From Lytechinus pictus (Eukaryota): a stretch of 64,000 nucleotides of DNA. This document shows, in pieces, positions 44,408-54,264 of the stretch; position 1 is the first letter of the stretch; every line of letters begins with the position of its first letter. The stretch covers positions 9,922,001-9,986,000 of the forward strand of contig NC_087252.1 of the NCBI RefSeq assembly GCF_037042905.1. The letters run 5' to 3'. The notes under the pieces are model-generated. The model searched no databases and was not told where the DNA came from. It saw nothing but the letters and a program-made list of their open reading frames with translations. A program made the translations under genes and the position numbers.

Positions 44408-45440
44408 CGGAAATGGTCATGAAGGGTCAATAAAAACATCAAAAATGAAGAAGAACATGATACTTTTGTCTTGTCATTCAATAAAATGAACATCCGTTCT
44501 AATCAAGTCCCTGCTTCTTTATTTTTGATGTTTTGTTGTGGTTTATGTAGTGATGGTTCTGTGACATAACATGGTTTGAAATATCCTTCCTTTTCTTTTT
44601 TTATGTGTTTGCTTGTGCAGAGGTGTTAATGCTAAGGTGCATATTGACAGTCACTGTCATTATTGTGTTATTTTCCAACTTTTGAATTTCGACCTTGCCC
44701 TACATTTCAAGGCACTGCACATTCATGTGAACCATTACCACATCATGTAGGGTATCATTTTAAAGGGAATTTTTGAAGGGAATTAAATGATTTATTCATT
44801 GGTATGGTATAAATTATACATTGATATTTACAAAAACCGGAGAGGAATTATCGATCAAAGTCAGATTTCCAAACTTTTTTTTTGAGGAGTTTATTAATAA
44901 AGCTGAGGCCAGAAGTTTACATACACCCAGGAAATTCAAAGAAAAGTTGACACTTGCCAAATATCATAAAATTTACTGTATCTTATAAATACTTGTGCTA
45001 TCATCACGAATTCGATATCAAACAAATGAGTATGTCATGCCCCTTCGTCACATTGCTTTGTCTTCAGGAGCTGACAAATATCTAGGTGTCATCTTGTCCC
45101 AAACAATCTTCATATTTCAGACAAATTATAAATACATATTTGACAAAAACATCTCATATTTTTGCAAGTTACTTCTCACCGCAAAGATTTCACTTTTTTG
45201 TTCAGTGGTGACATATTGTGATAAAAAATGTAATATGAATTAAAGATTTGACATAATATATTTCTATGAAACGATGTTTGAAAAACAATATAATTCTTTG
45301 TCAGTGCCCATGAAGAATGTGACTTTACCTTTCATTTTTGAGAGCTGTGCTCCTTTCAAAATCTACGATTTTATTTACACAGCATTTTCCATGTTTTCTA
45401 AACTATTTGTGATTATTATAAATATATATATATATATATT

Positions 45441-45494
<54 letters not shown>

Positions 45495-46190
45495 AGTGTG
45501 TGTGTTAAATTATAATTATACATGTACAACAGCTTTGACAACTATTGTAATAGATATTTTGTGAATGGAATGAATTAAGAGAACGATGGTATGCGTTGCT
45601 TATATCAAGGTTCCTCAGTGCTATATGCCCTTTGGAAAAATTGGTGATGCCGAAAATGGCTCTGCCGGGAATCGAACCCGGGCCCCCAACTTCGAACGCC
45701 GGTGCCTTAGCCACTTGACCACAGACACGGGCTAGTGGCTAAGGCGATCTCGATCCGAGTGACCGTCAGACTAACAAATTTCGACATTGTTCTCTTCAGT
45801 CATTTCTTTCACAACATATTTAAATACAAGAGTTGCCAAATCTGTTTATCTGACGGTCAATCTGATCAGGGTTGCCCTAGACACTAACCCGTCTCTGTGG
45901 CCTAGTTGTAAGGGCACCGACGTTCAAAGCTTGGGAAATTTTTTCTGCATCACCAATTTTTCCAAAAGGCAGATAGCTATGGGAAACCTCCGCCTACCAT
46001 TGTTCTCTTCATTTGTTTTCTTCACAACATGTTTTTATACAAGAGATGCATATGTATATATATATATATATATAAATGTGTGAAGTTATACATGTACTAC
46101 AGCTTTGGCAACTCTTTTTTTTATATTTAAATATTGTGTGAAAGAAATTGATGAAGAGAACATCAAATCAATCTTCATCAATTTCTTTCA

Positions 46191-46235
<45 letters not shown>

Positions 46236-49200
46236 ACAAAAAAGTAAGTCCCCCCTTAAAAAAACATCAATAATTTCCGAACCAATGCGAGTTTTTGATA
46301 TATTTTTACATGAGCGTGTAGGTAATTTTATAAGCTACCCTCTGAGTAAACGTTATGGACGTATTTTACTTCATGCTTCAGTGAGCACCGTCAGAAGGCA
46401 AAAAAATCACTTTTAAAAAGTCACAAGCCAAATATCATGACTTTGATTCCCTTTTATTGGAACTAATTCCACATTCTCATCATAAAAAATAGTCAGAAGG
46501 CTTGTAAAAGGTACTCTCTAAAAGACGATACAACTTTTTTGGCTAAATTTCACGGTTGAATAAACACAAGTCCAAATTTAATATGATCGGATTTTTTTAC
46601 ACATTTATATCAATAAAAATGATAGAATATGATGACAGTTATTTTTGGAAGAGTTTCTTCAACAATATTCATCGTTTCACGGTTCAATGAACATTTATTG
46701 AAAACAAAAAATACGATTTTCAAATATCATAGGCAAGTATTGGTTCATTTTGGAAACTGAAAATTATCTTTTCTCAACTTTTTCGTTATGTTCATGACCA
46801 ATTAACATGTTCCAATGATTCAAAGGCGTTTAATTAAATATCCACGCTTGAATGAACATGTGGAATGCGATTAGCTCTTTTTTACGTTATCGGAAAAAAT
46901 GCAATTTGTTACTATGGATATCTGTCACAAACCTCCTTGCATAGTTCATTTGATTAGATTTTTATGAAAATCCCGATGTTTAATGCATCAGTGAGCACAC
47001 AAAATTCGAAAATTATGCAAATGAGAAAAAAGTTCAAGGCCTTGGCCCCACTCTGTGTCGTATCGAATGGTTATTTTGGTGTGCGCGCCTTTTGGATAGT
47101 GTTACTCTGAAGCCATGTACGAAGTTTCATGAAATAACTGTTGGCAGAAGTAACAAAAACCGTCCATGAAACAAACCCTCATTTCATATTTGTGGGCCAT
47201 CCTAGGAAAATGGGTATTATAGGTGAAATTTTGGATATTTGGTTTTTTATGTTTTCTGGTACATGGACACATGTACAATGTGTATACAAAATATTAGAGT
47301 CTAATTTATATTTAAATTAGAGATATGGCCAATTGAATCAGGGGTACCCCCCCCCCCCCTGCCTGGCTGTATGGGTCGTCATGGTAGTCGGGCTTATTAT
47401 TCATCTTTTCATGATAGGGAAATGTTGGTTCTTTTGTAACGCCCAACATGCCCGGCATAGGCGAGGTGATCTTTTGTAGTGCAGACATAATTTTTATATA
47501 TACACAGCTAGGCGAATACAATAGAACAAATTATTCTACATATTCAACCACACCCACACTAGAACCCACACACTCACATTACATGCAAAAAAAAACCCTT
47601 ATGGAGACTATTTGTCATACTATATATAGTTCGTCATATATAGCGCGTAGTTTTAACATGGGAGGAGGTTCCCAGATCCAATGACCAGGGGAAGATGGGG
47701 TTGGGTTATTCATCTGATTTTTTGTTGTGGGGGGGGGGGGCAGCTTATCATTTTTTTTGGGGGGTGCCCACCCCCACAGGCGCCGCAGAACATTTTTTGA
47801 AAATGGGAGGGGCTGTCCATGCAAAAAAAAAATCACAATCAAATGGTAATTTTTTACATGTTTATACATGCGTTCTGGGGGAAAAAAGTGGGGCCAAAGC
47901 CCCTGCCCACCTCCATCCTATATTTGTCCCTGCCCTAACCCCCCCCCCCCAAAAAAAAAAGACATCACCTTGCTGTTTGTCCATACTTCACTTTCTCGCA
48001 AAGTAAAATCTAAAAAAAATCATGCTTAAGCTTTGGAAAATAACCACAAACAAAATTCAATTTTGCAAAACCAAGTTTTTTCGGTGGCAATACACAATAG
48101 TGAAAAGCTGATGCGAGCTACATTTCATAAAGATTTAATATGACAGCAACTCTTGATGAAATATCAACTTTCATTGAACTAGCGAATCAGGAAGCAGAAG
48201 GTTCATTGTTTTTATGGTAGTTTTCATTCGAGCAAGGAATCATATCAACATTTAATGAAATTGGCCACATTTGGTTTCTTTTTAGGGATGGGGTAGTCAT
48301 GAAAATATATTTCACAAATTGCTGCCAAATTATATGGATCACTGAAGGATTTTTTTTAGGTCACTTCGTTTGAAAAGAAGAATAAAACTGCATAAAAACT
48401 TGGCTCCACATATTAATACGACAGGTATTATAACTAACAAATACTCACAAATACATAGTCATCTTTTCTCTGCTACACTCTGTACACGTGTGTAATGATA
48501 TGCGTTGTAAACATCTTATGCTTGAATAAAAAAATAATATCAGAGTTTAATTCTTGATATGGAAGAGACAACATACATTTACTCTCTTCTATGCAGCAGT
48601 CTTAGCAAAAACTCAGGAATGTGCATCACTCTCCACTGTCCAAATTTGCACTAAAAAGGATATAAAACACGATAATCTCTCCTTAGTGTGTGTGTTTAAA
48701 GCTAAATGAACGTAGTTGCAGTAAAACATTGATTTCGTGAAAAAGTCTGTAAAACCAAGGTAAAGTATTGATATATCATCGTGGATCTAGATCTGGTACA
48801 GTTACATAAACTGAACTTTGTGAAATAATAATATCTAGCTAAAAAACGATCACACTGAAGATCGCCAACACAGATAGGCACACGTGGGACAGTTTATTAT
48901 TATTGCTGGAATAAAGACCCGACGGAAGTGACCGAATCCGCGCTTATTTTGCTTATTTCTCAGCAATTACACAATTTCTTCCAGAATCCTTTGGAACATA
49001 TTTTTTATTCATACAAACAGACACTTTGGTGATCATTATATTAAATTCTGTAAAAAGTCATTTTGAGATCGTTCCCAAAACTGGAATTTATCTTTAACAT
49101 TATCACAAACTTCTTAATACAGCAGCAAACTTACCACATTTCAACTTTCTACAATGACATCCTTCTAATGGGTTAGCAAACGTTACAAATTAAGTTTAAT

Positions 49201-52200
49201 TTTTTTATCGAAAAACTTCAGAGTTTGTTCATTCAAAGTAAAACATGTATTCATTGTTCGATTTCCTCTCCTACCGGGGAGGCCGCGAGGTGCCTTGTCC
49301 TCATCTAAGATCTTTCCATATATCATATTCCCTCTATTTGGAAAATCCAGTTGATAGCTTATCTGGGAGTATCTGAGAGACTATATGTCAGCAGGGTTCA
49401 CCAAAGGGGATAATTTTATTCCTCTGCATTGTTTGCTTTCTTCATGTTCCAGTCTTAAAAATGCCACGTTCCGATGACTCAAATCTACATGTTTGATGAA
49501 TGCAATTGAAAAGTTCACCGATATTAATGTGTTATAAAAACAGTCGCATTACACTCTCATTTCATCATGATTCATGGACATTTATCAACAACATGATATT
49601 TAAAATACATTAACTTTTCACTCTTTGGCTGTGTGTAAATGTTACTTGTATTTCTAATAAAGGTGGAAGTACTCCCTGGTGTCATATTTTTCTACCCAAA
49701 ATAATAAGAATTAACTATTGTTGGGTAAAAAAATCCCTCCAAAATTCATGAGATGTTCATATTTTAATGTTTAATTTTGATATATCACTTGCAAAAAGCT
49801 TTCTCTGCATGAGCCTTTATCCAAATTCTATATATTTTTTTCATTTTTTATTGTTTTTATCATTTTATATTTTTTATATTTTCCATAATTCTAGATTTAA
49901 TGTACTAATAGTGGTTAAATTAATTTTAAAACAATATCTTATAAAACGGCAATTAATTCGTGGAAAAATCGGTTACAACTGACATGATAAAGTAAAAACT
50001 GGCACACTATTTCCATATAGAATATGGATAAAGCATGGAAAGCTACCTGAAGCTGTGGTAATGGTGAATCCCATATCAGAGTCTTAAAGTACTTCTTGAA
50101 GGGCTGCTGTCAGCTGTATGTTGGTTCTGAGATGTCTTGTCCTCACTGCACTAATACAGTTGCTCTGTAGATCCCGTGCCTTTAACATGTTTAACACAAC
50201 GACATAAAACAAGGCCAATTAGTTAACAAATTTTCAGAGTTAAAGTTTATAAAAAAAAAACAATACTTAAGAAAAAAAAAAAAACTATAATTTTTTTTAT
50301 TTTCAAAAATATGTCTTTTCATTTTTTTTTTAATATTGAATGATTTCGTGTAGAAAGTTGGCGAACCTCATGTAATGTAGCTCGACCAGATTGTAGAAAA
50401 AATAAGAAATACCCCCCACACCCGCCCCCAAAATATATTGTTATTTTTGAATAAATTTCTTATAAATTGTGACAATCTGTTTTCTAGTTATAATTTCGAA
50501 ATCATTTGCACAGCTTTGGTGAAGCTCATACCAAATAGACCCCACCCCCTCCGAAAAAAAAACAAATTTGAAATCAGAAGTCCGACAAATAATAATTTGT
50601 TAAGAGAGGGGATTTGAAAAATGTCCATAATTAACCGATTTAAAAGGGTATTCCGAGCTGAAAATAATTTCATCAAATGTAAGCAAATGCTGCAAATTTC
50701 ATCAAAATCTGATAACAACTAGATCTAAAAGGGTTTTTCATGCATTATAAAAACAGTTATATGCACGTCTTAATAAATATGGGCTGATGATGACACCCCA
50801 CTTTAACTTTTCTTATAACAAAACATGAAATCATACTTATTTTATTTGGTCATACGTGTGTGAATGATATGTCACCTTTTTGCATTAATTAATATCTAGT
50901 CTTGGAGGGGGGGGGGGGGTAGAACAAACATAATTTAATGTAACAAGGTGAGACATCTTTGCATCAGTTTGTCAAGTAAATTCATTAAAAAATGCATAGA
51001 ACTGTTTCACCGAAATCCATATCTTTAAATTATCATAGCTCTTTTACTCCTTGTCCAATTTTGATTTTTTTTTATACATTTTTTACAAACTTGTTGCATG
51101 TGATAGATTTAACTTAAATGGTTACAAGTATGTAACGAAGGCCTATCTAAGTAGGTGCAGATCTAGATCTAGATGATAGCCTAGGCATACATAAGTTAGA
51201 TCTTAAAAAGGCCGTCAAAGTCCCGGACAAATACCGCGAATCGCTACAGCAGTCGCATGTAATTTGACGTTTAAAGTCGTTCCTAAAAAAGCTCTCTGTC
51301 GATCGATCCACATAAACACGCTACACAAAATTCACATTCACGTGTTTAGTTGCCATGTTCCTCGCATCGCAATTATCAATGAATTTAACAACTCAATCTG
51401 CAACATAATTTAACTTACCTTCATGGATTTCAGCCAAAGGAATTAAATTCAATCAACATGTATCCGAACCCGCCACCAAATATATCGAGCCGATAACCAC
51501 AGTTCTGAAAAATAAAAATGCGCCTGACATTCTTTTTTATTTCCCGCGGGTTGTTTGTTTTGTTTTTCCTCGCGACGCGCGCCAGACAAAAGTTTGATGA
51601 CACGCGTATTTAAATGACGTCCTAGCGCATTTATTGTCTCTCACCAATAGTCTGGTTTTTGCGCGACGCCACACATTTGTTAAAATTTTGACTTCGTCTC
51701 TCATAGACTTGTGTACATTTTGGGTGCACGTGTTTAAGATTAAGTAACCCCTTATTCAATATGGTGGAACTTTTTTTCACGGCTGTCGTTAGCAATGTCA
51801 TTTGGCAGTAATGTTTATCAACCTATGGGCAGAATTCTGTGCAAAAATGAAATCGATTTGTTTATTTATGGATGAGTGAGCACGCATCAAAGTGGGAAAA
51901 TTTGTATTTTCAATGTCACAGACTCATTTTAAAGGGTAATAAAGTAAATATTGGGAGCAAATTCGGTTTCAAATAAGACTTTAATGGCTATTGTTTTTAT
52001 CATCCATCATTTCTATCACCACACACTTTCCGAACTTTAAACATTTTCATGGTTGAGCGAGCACATTCGAAAACTTAGGAATGAATACTCTTTATACTGC
52101 ATAAATGTATTCTTTTCCTAACAATTTCTCATGATCAGTTTAATTTATGGACAAATCAGTGGTGGGTCCAGAATTTTAAAATGGGGGAGGGGCCTATAAT

Positions 52201-53605
52201 CGGGGGAGCCACCAACATTTTCAAATTTTAACATGTTCTAACAAGTTGTAGAGGATAATACCAGTGACCCCTATATGATGATACGTCACAATACAAGGGC
52301 CGGGGAAGGGTTTTCAAAGTGGGGGGGGGGGGGGGCTGACCATGCAAAAAATCACAATCGTATGGTAATTTTTACATTTTTGTACATGCTTTTGGAAAAA
52401 AGTGGGGGGGGGGACTGAAGCTCCCCGCCCAGCCCCACCCCCACTTCCGCGGCCCCTGCAATACACTGTGCTCACTCAACCATGAACGTATGATATCAAA
52501 ATTGTGTGTGGAGTGGCTAAATGATGGATAGTAAAACAGCATAACACCATACAATTCACCTAAAGACAACATTTGCCCAACTTTGTATTTGCACAATCTG
52601 AAAAACGACTCTTGTGACTTTCAAAAATGGTCATTTTTTATTCAATCTTTAATTACTCATGCATGACTCAACCCATCAATCTTTTTTTTCCCCAGAGGTT
52701 GCTCAATGAGTGTAGAAAACCACCTACGGAATATCATATCTCAAAATAATTCCGTTCAAAAGTTACAGCAATTTGATTTAGGGGGGACTTACTTTTTTTG
52801 TTGTGTATATATATAACTACCACACTTCTTGAAAACCATAATGCACTAGTCCTTCAAAATAATTGGGATTTTATACACCTGGTCATAATTGAGTAGCAGA
52901 TTGACGTGGATAAAGTCATGTATCATTCTTATCTCGCAAATTGTGCTATTAAAGATATAAATGACGTTTTGGGGAGATTTTTTTTTCAAAGATGATGTAC
53001 CTGAGAAAACTACGATCCCGTTGATTTCTTTTAAATTCATTAATTAAATATTTGACCAAATGATATTACAACGGACTGGGGTAATAAAGAATTTTGTAAC
53101 TCCTTTCGAAAGAACTTAATTGTTTTACTCTTTCTGATAAAACTTTATCATTTTATTATTTTTACTATGTATGTTCTTGGAACATTTTCCATTTGCCATT
53201 GCTGTCGTTGTTAAAGTTATATACATCATCTAAGTTGAAATATGGTTATTACTCTTTCTTATTTAATAATTGCTCTAAATATTTCTGTCCATTTTGTTTG
53301 GATAGTACCTAGAATCTGGACCCCGATGCATAAAAGTAAATACTTTGATAAATCGGCCATCCAATTGTATTTCCATAGAATCATTGATTTCGATTGGCTG
53401 TTCAGAGTTGTTGCGCAGCCATGGAAGTTTTTATTGGATGACAATTTTACCACAATATTAGCTGGTCTATTTTCCGTACCCATTTCACAGTGAGATCCTG
53501 TGTATCCTTCATCACAAATACACACAAAGGTGAGATGCGGTTGACGGCTCGAAAGAACACACTTGCCAGTCGATGAACATAAGTTGAGCTGCGAACAGGA
53601 AGTAT
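202..53605 (-). CDS. Partial multi-exon gene encoding a giant tandem calcium-binding EGF-repeat extracellular protein (fibropellin/Notch-like). 81 array exons of 114 bp plus one 126-bp upstream EGF exon; 5' and 3' ends lie outside the window.
   Basis: Each exon is bounded by YAG/GT, is phase 1-1 and encodes 6 Cys with the pattern D-I-N-(D/E/N)-C...C-x-D-G-I-N-S-Y-x-C. Low coordinates (each exon spans +113): A = 202,1780,2980,4558,6136,7713,9291,10868,12445,14022,15599,17176,18753,20331,21908,23486,25601,27179,29294,30872,32987,34565,36681,38258,40372. C = 902,2480,3680,5258,6836,8413,9991,11568,13145,14722,16299,17876,19453,21031,22608,24189,26301,27882,29994,31575,33687,35268,37380,38961,41072. 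D = 1402,4180,5758,7335,8913,10490,12067,13644,15221,16798,18375,19953,21530,23108,25223,26801,28916,30494,32609,34187,36302,37880,39994,41572. E = 24699,28392,32085,35778,39471. Edge exons = 42019,42396. Joining them into one transcript is inferred from shared strand and phase. Confidence 0.88.
605..712 (-). pseudogene. Degenerate EGF pseudo-exon psi-B (representative of 25 copies): [35 protein letters not shown]
   Basis: Homologous to the neighbouring exons, but the acceptor CAG is replaced by CAT, there is a 6-bp deletion with loss of Cys2, and the donor (GTTGCT) is weak. Confidence 0.8.
902..1015 (-). CDS. EGF exon type C (representative): [38 protein letters not shown]
   Basis: TGCAG|AT acceptor, A|GTAAAC donor, 114 bp, 6 Cys. 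Confidence 0.9.
1402..1515 (-). CDS. EGF exon type D (representative): [14 protein letters not shown](S/T)[23 protein letters not shown]
   Basis: CGCAG|AT acceptor, G|GTATTT donor, 114 bp. Read manually; largely absent from the ORF track. Confidence 0.88.
2980..3093 (-). CDS. Recombinant A/D EGF exon at a 378-bp deletion junction
   Basis: Upstream intron and exon body are type A while the downstream intron is type D; local period is 1200 instead of 1578. Confidence 0.88.
24189..24302 (-). CDS. EGF exon variant C' (5 copies): [38 protein letters not shown]
   Basis: CGCAG/GTAAAC boundaries, 114 bp. Confidence 0.88.
24699..24812 (-). CDS. EGF exon type E (5 copies): [38 protein letters not shown]
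   Basis: CGCAG/GTATTT boundaries, 114 bp; present only in the 2115-bp units. Confidence 0.88.
25223..25336 (-). CDS. EGF exon variant D' (NSFTC instead of NSYTC; 5 copies)
   Basis: CGCAG/GTATTT boundaries, 114 bp. Confidence 0.85.
41572..41685 (-). CDS. EGF exon at the edge of the homogeneous array: [38 protein letters not shown]
   Basis: CGCAG|AC acceptor, GTATTT donor, 114 bp. Confidence 0.87.
42019..42132 (-). CDS. Diverged edge EGF exon: [38 protein letters not shown]
   Basis: CGCAG/GTATTT boundaries, 114 bp, 6 Cys; translated manually. Confidence 0.87.
42396..42509 (-). CDS. First (5'-most) array EGF exon: [38 protein letters not shown]
   Basis: TTACAG|AT acceptor, G|GTTTGT donor, 114 bp, 6 Cys. 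Confidence 0.83.
43721..43755. repeat. (TA)n microsatellite
   Basis: Read directly from the sequence. Confidence 0.95.
43854..43966. repeat. (GT)n/(TA)n compound microsatellite
   Basis: Read directly; abuts the SINE 5' end. Confidence 0.95.
43967..44356 (+). mobile_element. tRNA-derived SINE with a Deu/Nin-like central domain, inserted in a TA microsatellite
   Basis: Pol III A box TAGCTCAGTCGG (43978) and B box GGTTCGAGTC (44034). The central CCGTCCATCGGAAAGGACG...GGTCCCGTGT...GCACGTTAAAA...GGGTAGGGTGTTCACCCGG resembles the Deu/Nin SINE core as I recall it. TA repeats lie on both sides. Confidence 0.75.
44357..44406. repeat. (TA)n microsatellite
   Basis: Read directly from the sequence. 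Confidence 0.95.
45422..45505. repeat. (TA)n(TG)n compound microsatellite
   Basis: Read directly from the sequence. Confidence 0.95.
45520..46165. repeat. Inverted pair of tRNA-containing repeat elements with a reiterated ~60-bp terminal module
   Basis: ~45530-45786 (minus) aligns by eye with ~45832-46050 (plus). The terminal module recurs at ~45530, 45786, 45999 and 46097. Confidence 0.7.
45657..45728 (-). pseudogene. tRNA-Arg(TCG)-like sequence embedded in a repeat element (tRNA pseudogene or SINE-like head)
   Basis: 72 nt with a D-arm A box TGGTCAAGTGG, anticodon arm CCGGC-GTTCGAA-GTTGG and perfect T arm CCGGG-TTCGATT-CCCGG. The acceptor stem has two mismatches. A decayed inverted copy lies nearby. 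Confidence 0.65.
46194..46231. repeat. (TA)n microsatellite
   Basis: Read directly from the sequence. Confidence 0.95.
47777..47930. mobile_element. Decayed copy of a short MITE, same family as 52294-52458
   Basis: Shares GCTG.CCATGCAAAAAATCACAATC..ATGGTAATTTTT-ACAT...GAAAAAAGTGGGG with the 52.3-kb copy. Confidence 0.65.
48700..49093. mobile_element. Kolobok-like non-autonomous DNA transposon, copy 1
   Basis: TTAA on both sides, AG...CT termini with short imperfect TIRs; homologous over its whole length to 62612-63013. Confidence 0.8.
52294..52458. mobile_element. 165-bp MITE with GC-rich TIRs and a 5-bp TSD (CAATA)
   Basis: CAAGGGCCGGGGAAG...CTTCCGCGGCCCCTG flanked by the direct repeat CAATA. 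Confidence 0.75.
53480..53605 (-). CDS. Divergent non-calcium-binding EGF exon: [42 protein letters not shown]
   Basis: TTCTAG|AT acceptor, G|GTACGG donor, 126 bp, phase 1-1, 6 Cys with CxCxxGYTGxxC; same strand and phase as the array. Confidence 0.8.
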
Positions 53606-53718
53606 CTAGAACAGAATGAGCAGTAGTCATGGTAGTAGTACTTATTTTTATGTACATGTATATATATGATATTATAAAATATGGTGGATTGCTATTATAT
53701 AAATTACAATGGACATGA

Positions 53719-53834
53719 ATGCGATGGTGCGAGATATTCAATGAGATGAAAGAAAGATCATCTATTCAACTCGACTAACGCCTCGTTGAATAGAGTGTTT
53801 CTTTCATTGAATGCGAAATATTGCACCATTGCAT
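53719..53834. repeat. Long imperfect palindrome, probably the terminal hairpin of a non-autonomous (Crypton-like) element
   Basis: ATGCGATGGTGC..ATATT..ATGAAAGAAA..CTATTCAAC pairs with GTTGAATAG..TTTCTTTCAT..AATAT.TGCACCATTGCAT. Family assignment is inference. Confidence 0.6.
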
Positions 53835-54264
53835 GAATAAGAATTTCGCTATATGTGTTGTACAACGCCTCTGAGTTTAGCCAAAAAATATGAAGAAAAA
53901 AAACCCCACAGTTTTTCCCGGCAGTAATCAATGAAAAGGAAGCAAAATACTAAAAACGAAAAGCAAAATCCCACAAGCGCACCTGACCTCGGTCGGGCAG
54001 CATTGCGCATGTAGCCAGCAAGCTATATGCATATTTCACCGTAAGGCTCTGTCACATATATCCCAACGCAAGGCCCGAGCGTTAAAATTGAGCCAAAAGT
54101 GGGAAAAAATGATCGGTGCGTCGCGACACAACGACGCGTCGTTGTGCTCCCAACGTCTGTAAGGATTCTGGGAAAGGCGCTAACGAGCTTGCAACGAATG
54201 CATCACGTGTTGCCGACGTGTTGCGCGTATATTGGGAGCATACAGACCGTACATAGATCGCATT

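Larger units (their letters stand above)
46232..52805. mobile_element. ~6.6-kb non-autonomous TIR DNA transposon (TA-flanked, Tc1/mariner-like) with nested insertions
   Basis: Left end CACAACAAAAAAGTAAGTCCCCCCT; right end AGGGGGGACTTACTTTTTTTGTTGTG; both flanked by TA. No transposase recognised. Confidence 0.75.

Noticed and set aside
45657..45728. Functional tRNA-Arg gene
   Set aside because: Two acceptor-stem mismatches, a purine at position 32, and a location inside a duplicated repeat element.
43824..48006. Short ORFs with YIYIYI or poly-G/P stretches
   Set aside because: They are translations of microsatellites and homopolymer-rich MITEs.
202..53605. Assigning a gene symbol (Notch, fibropellin/EGF1, crumbs)
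   Set aside because: Only EGF repeats are visible. No LNR, ankyrin, CUB, avidin or laminin-G domain is in the window to decide between them.
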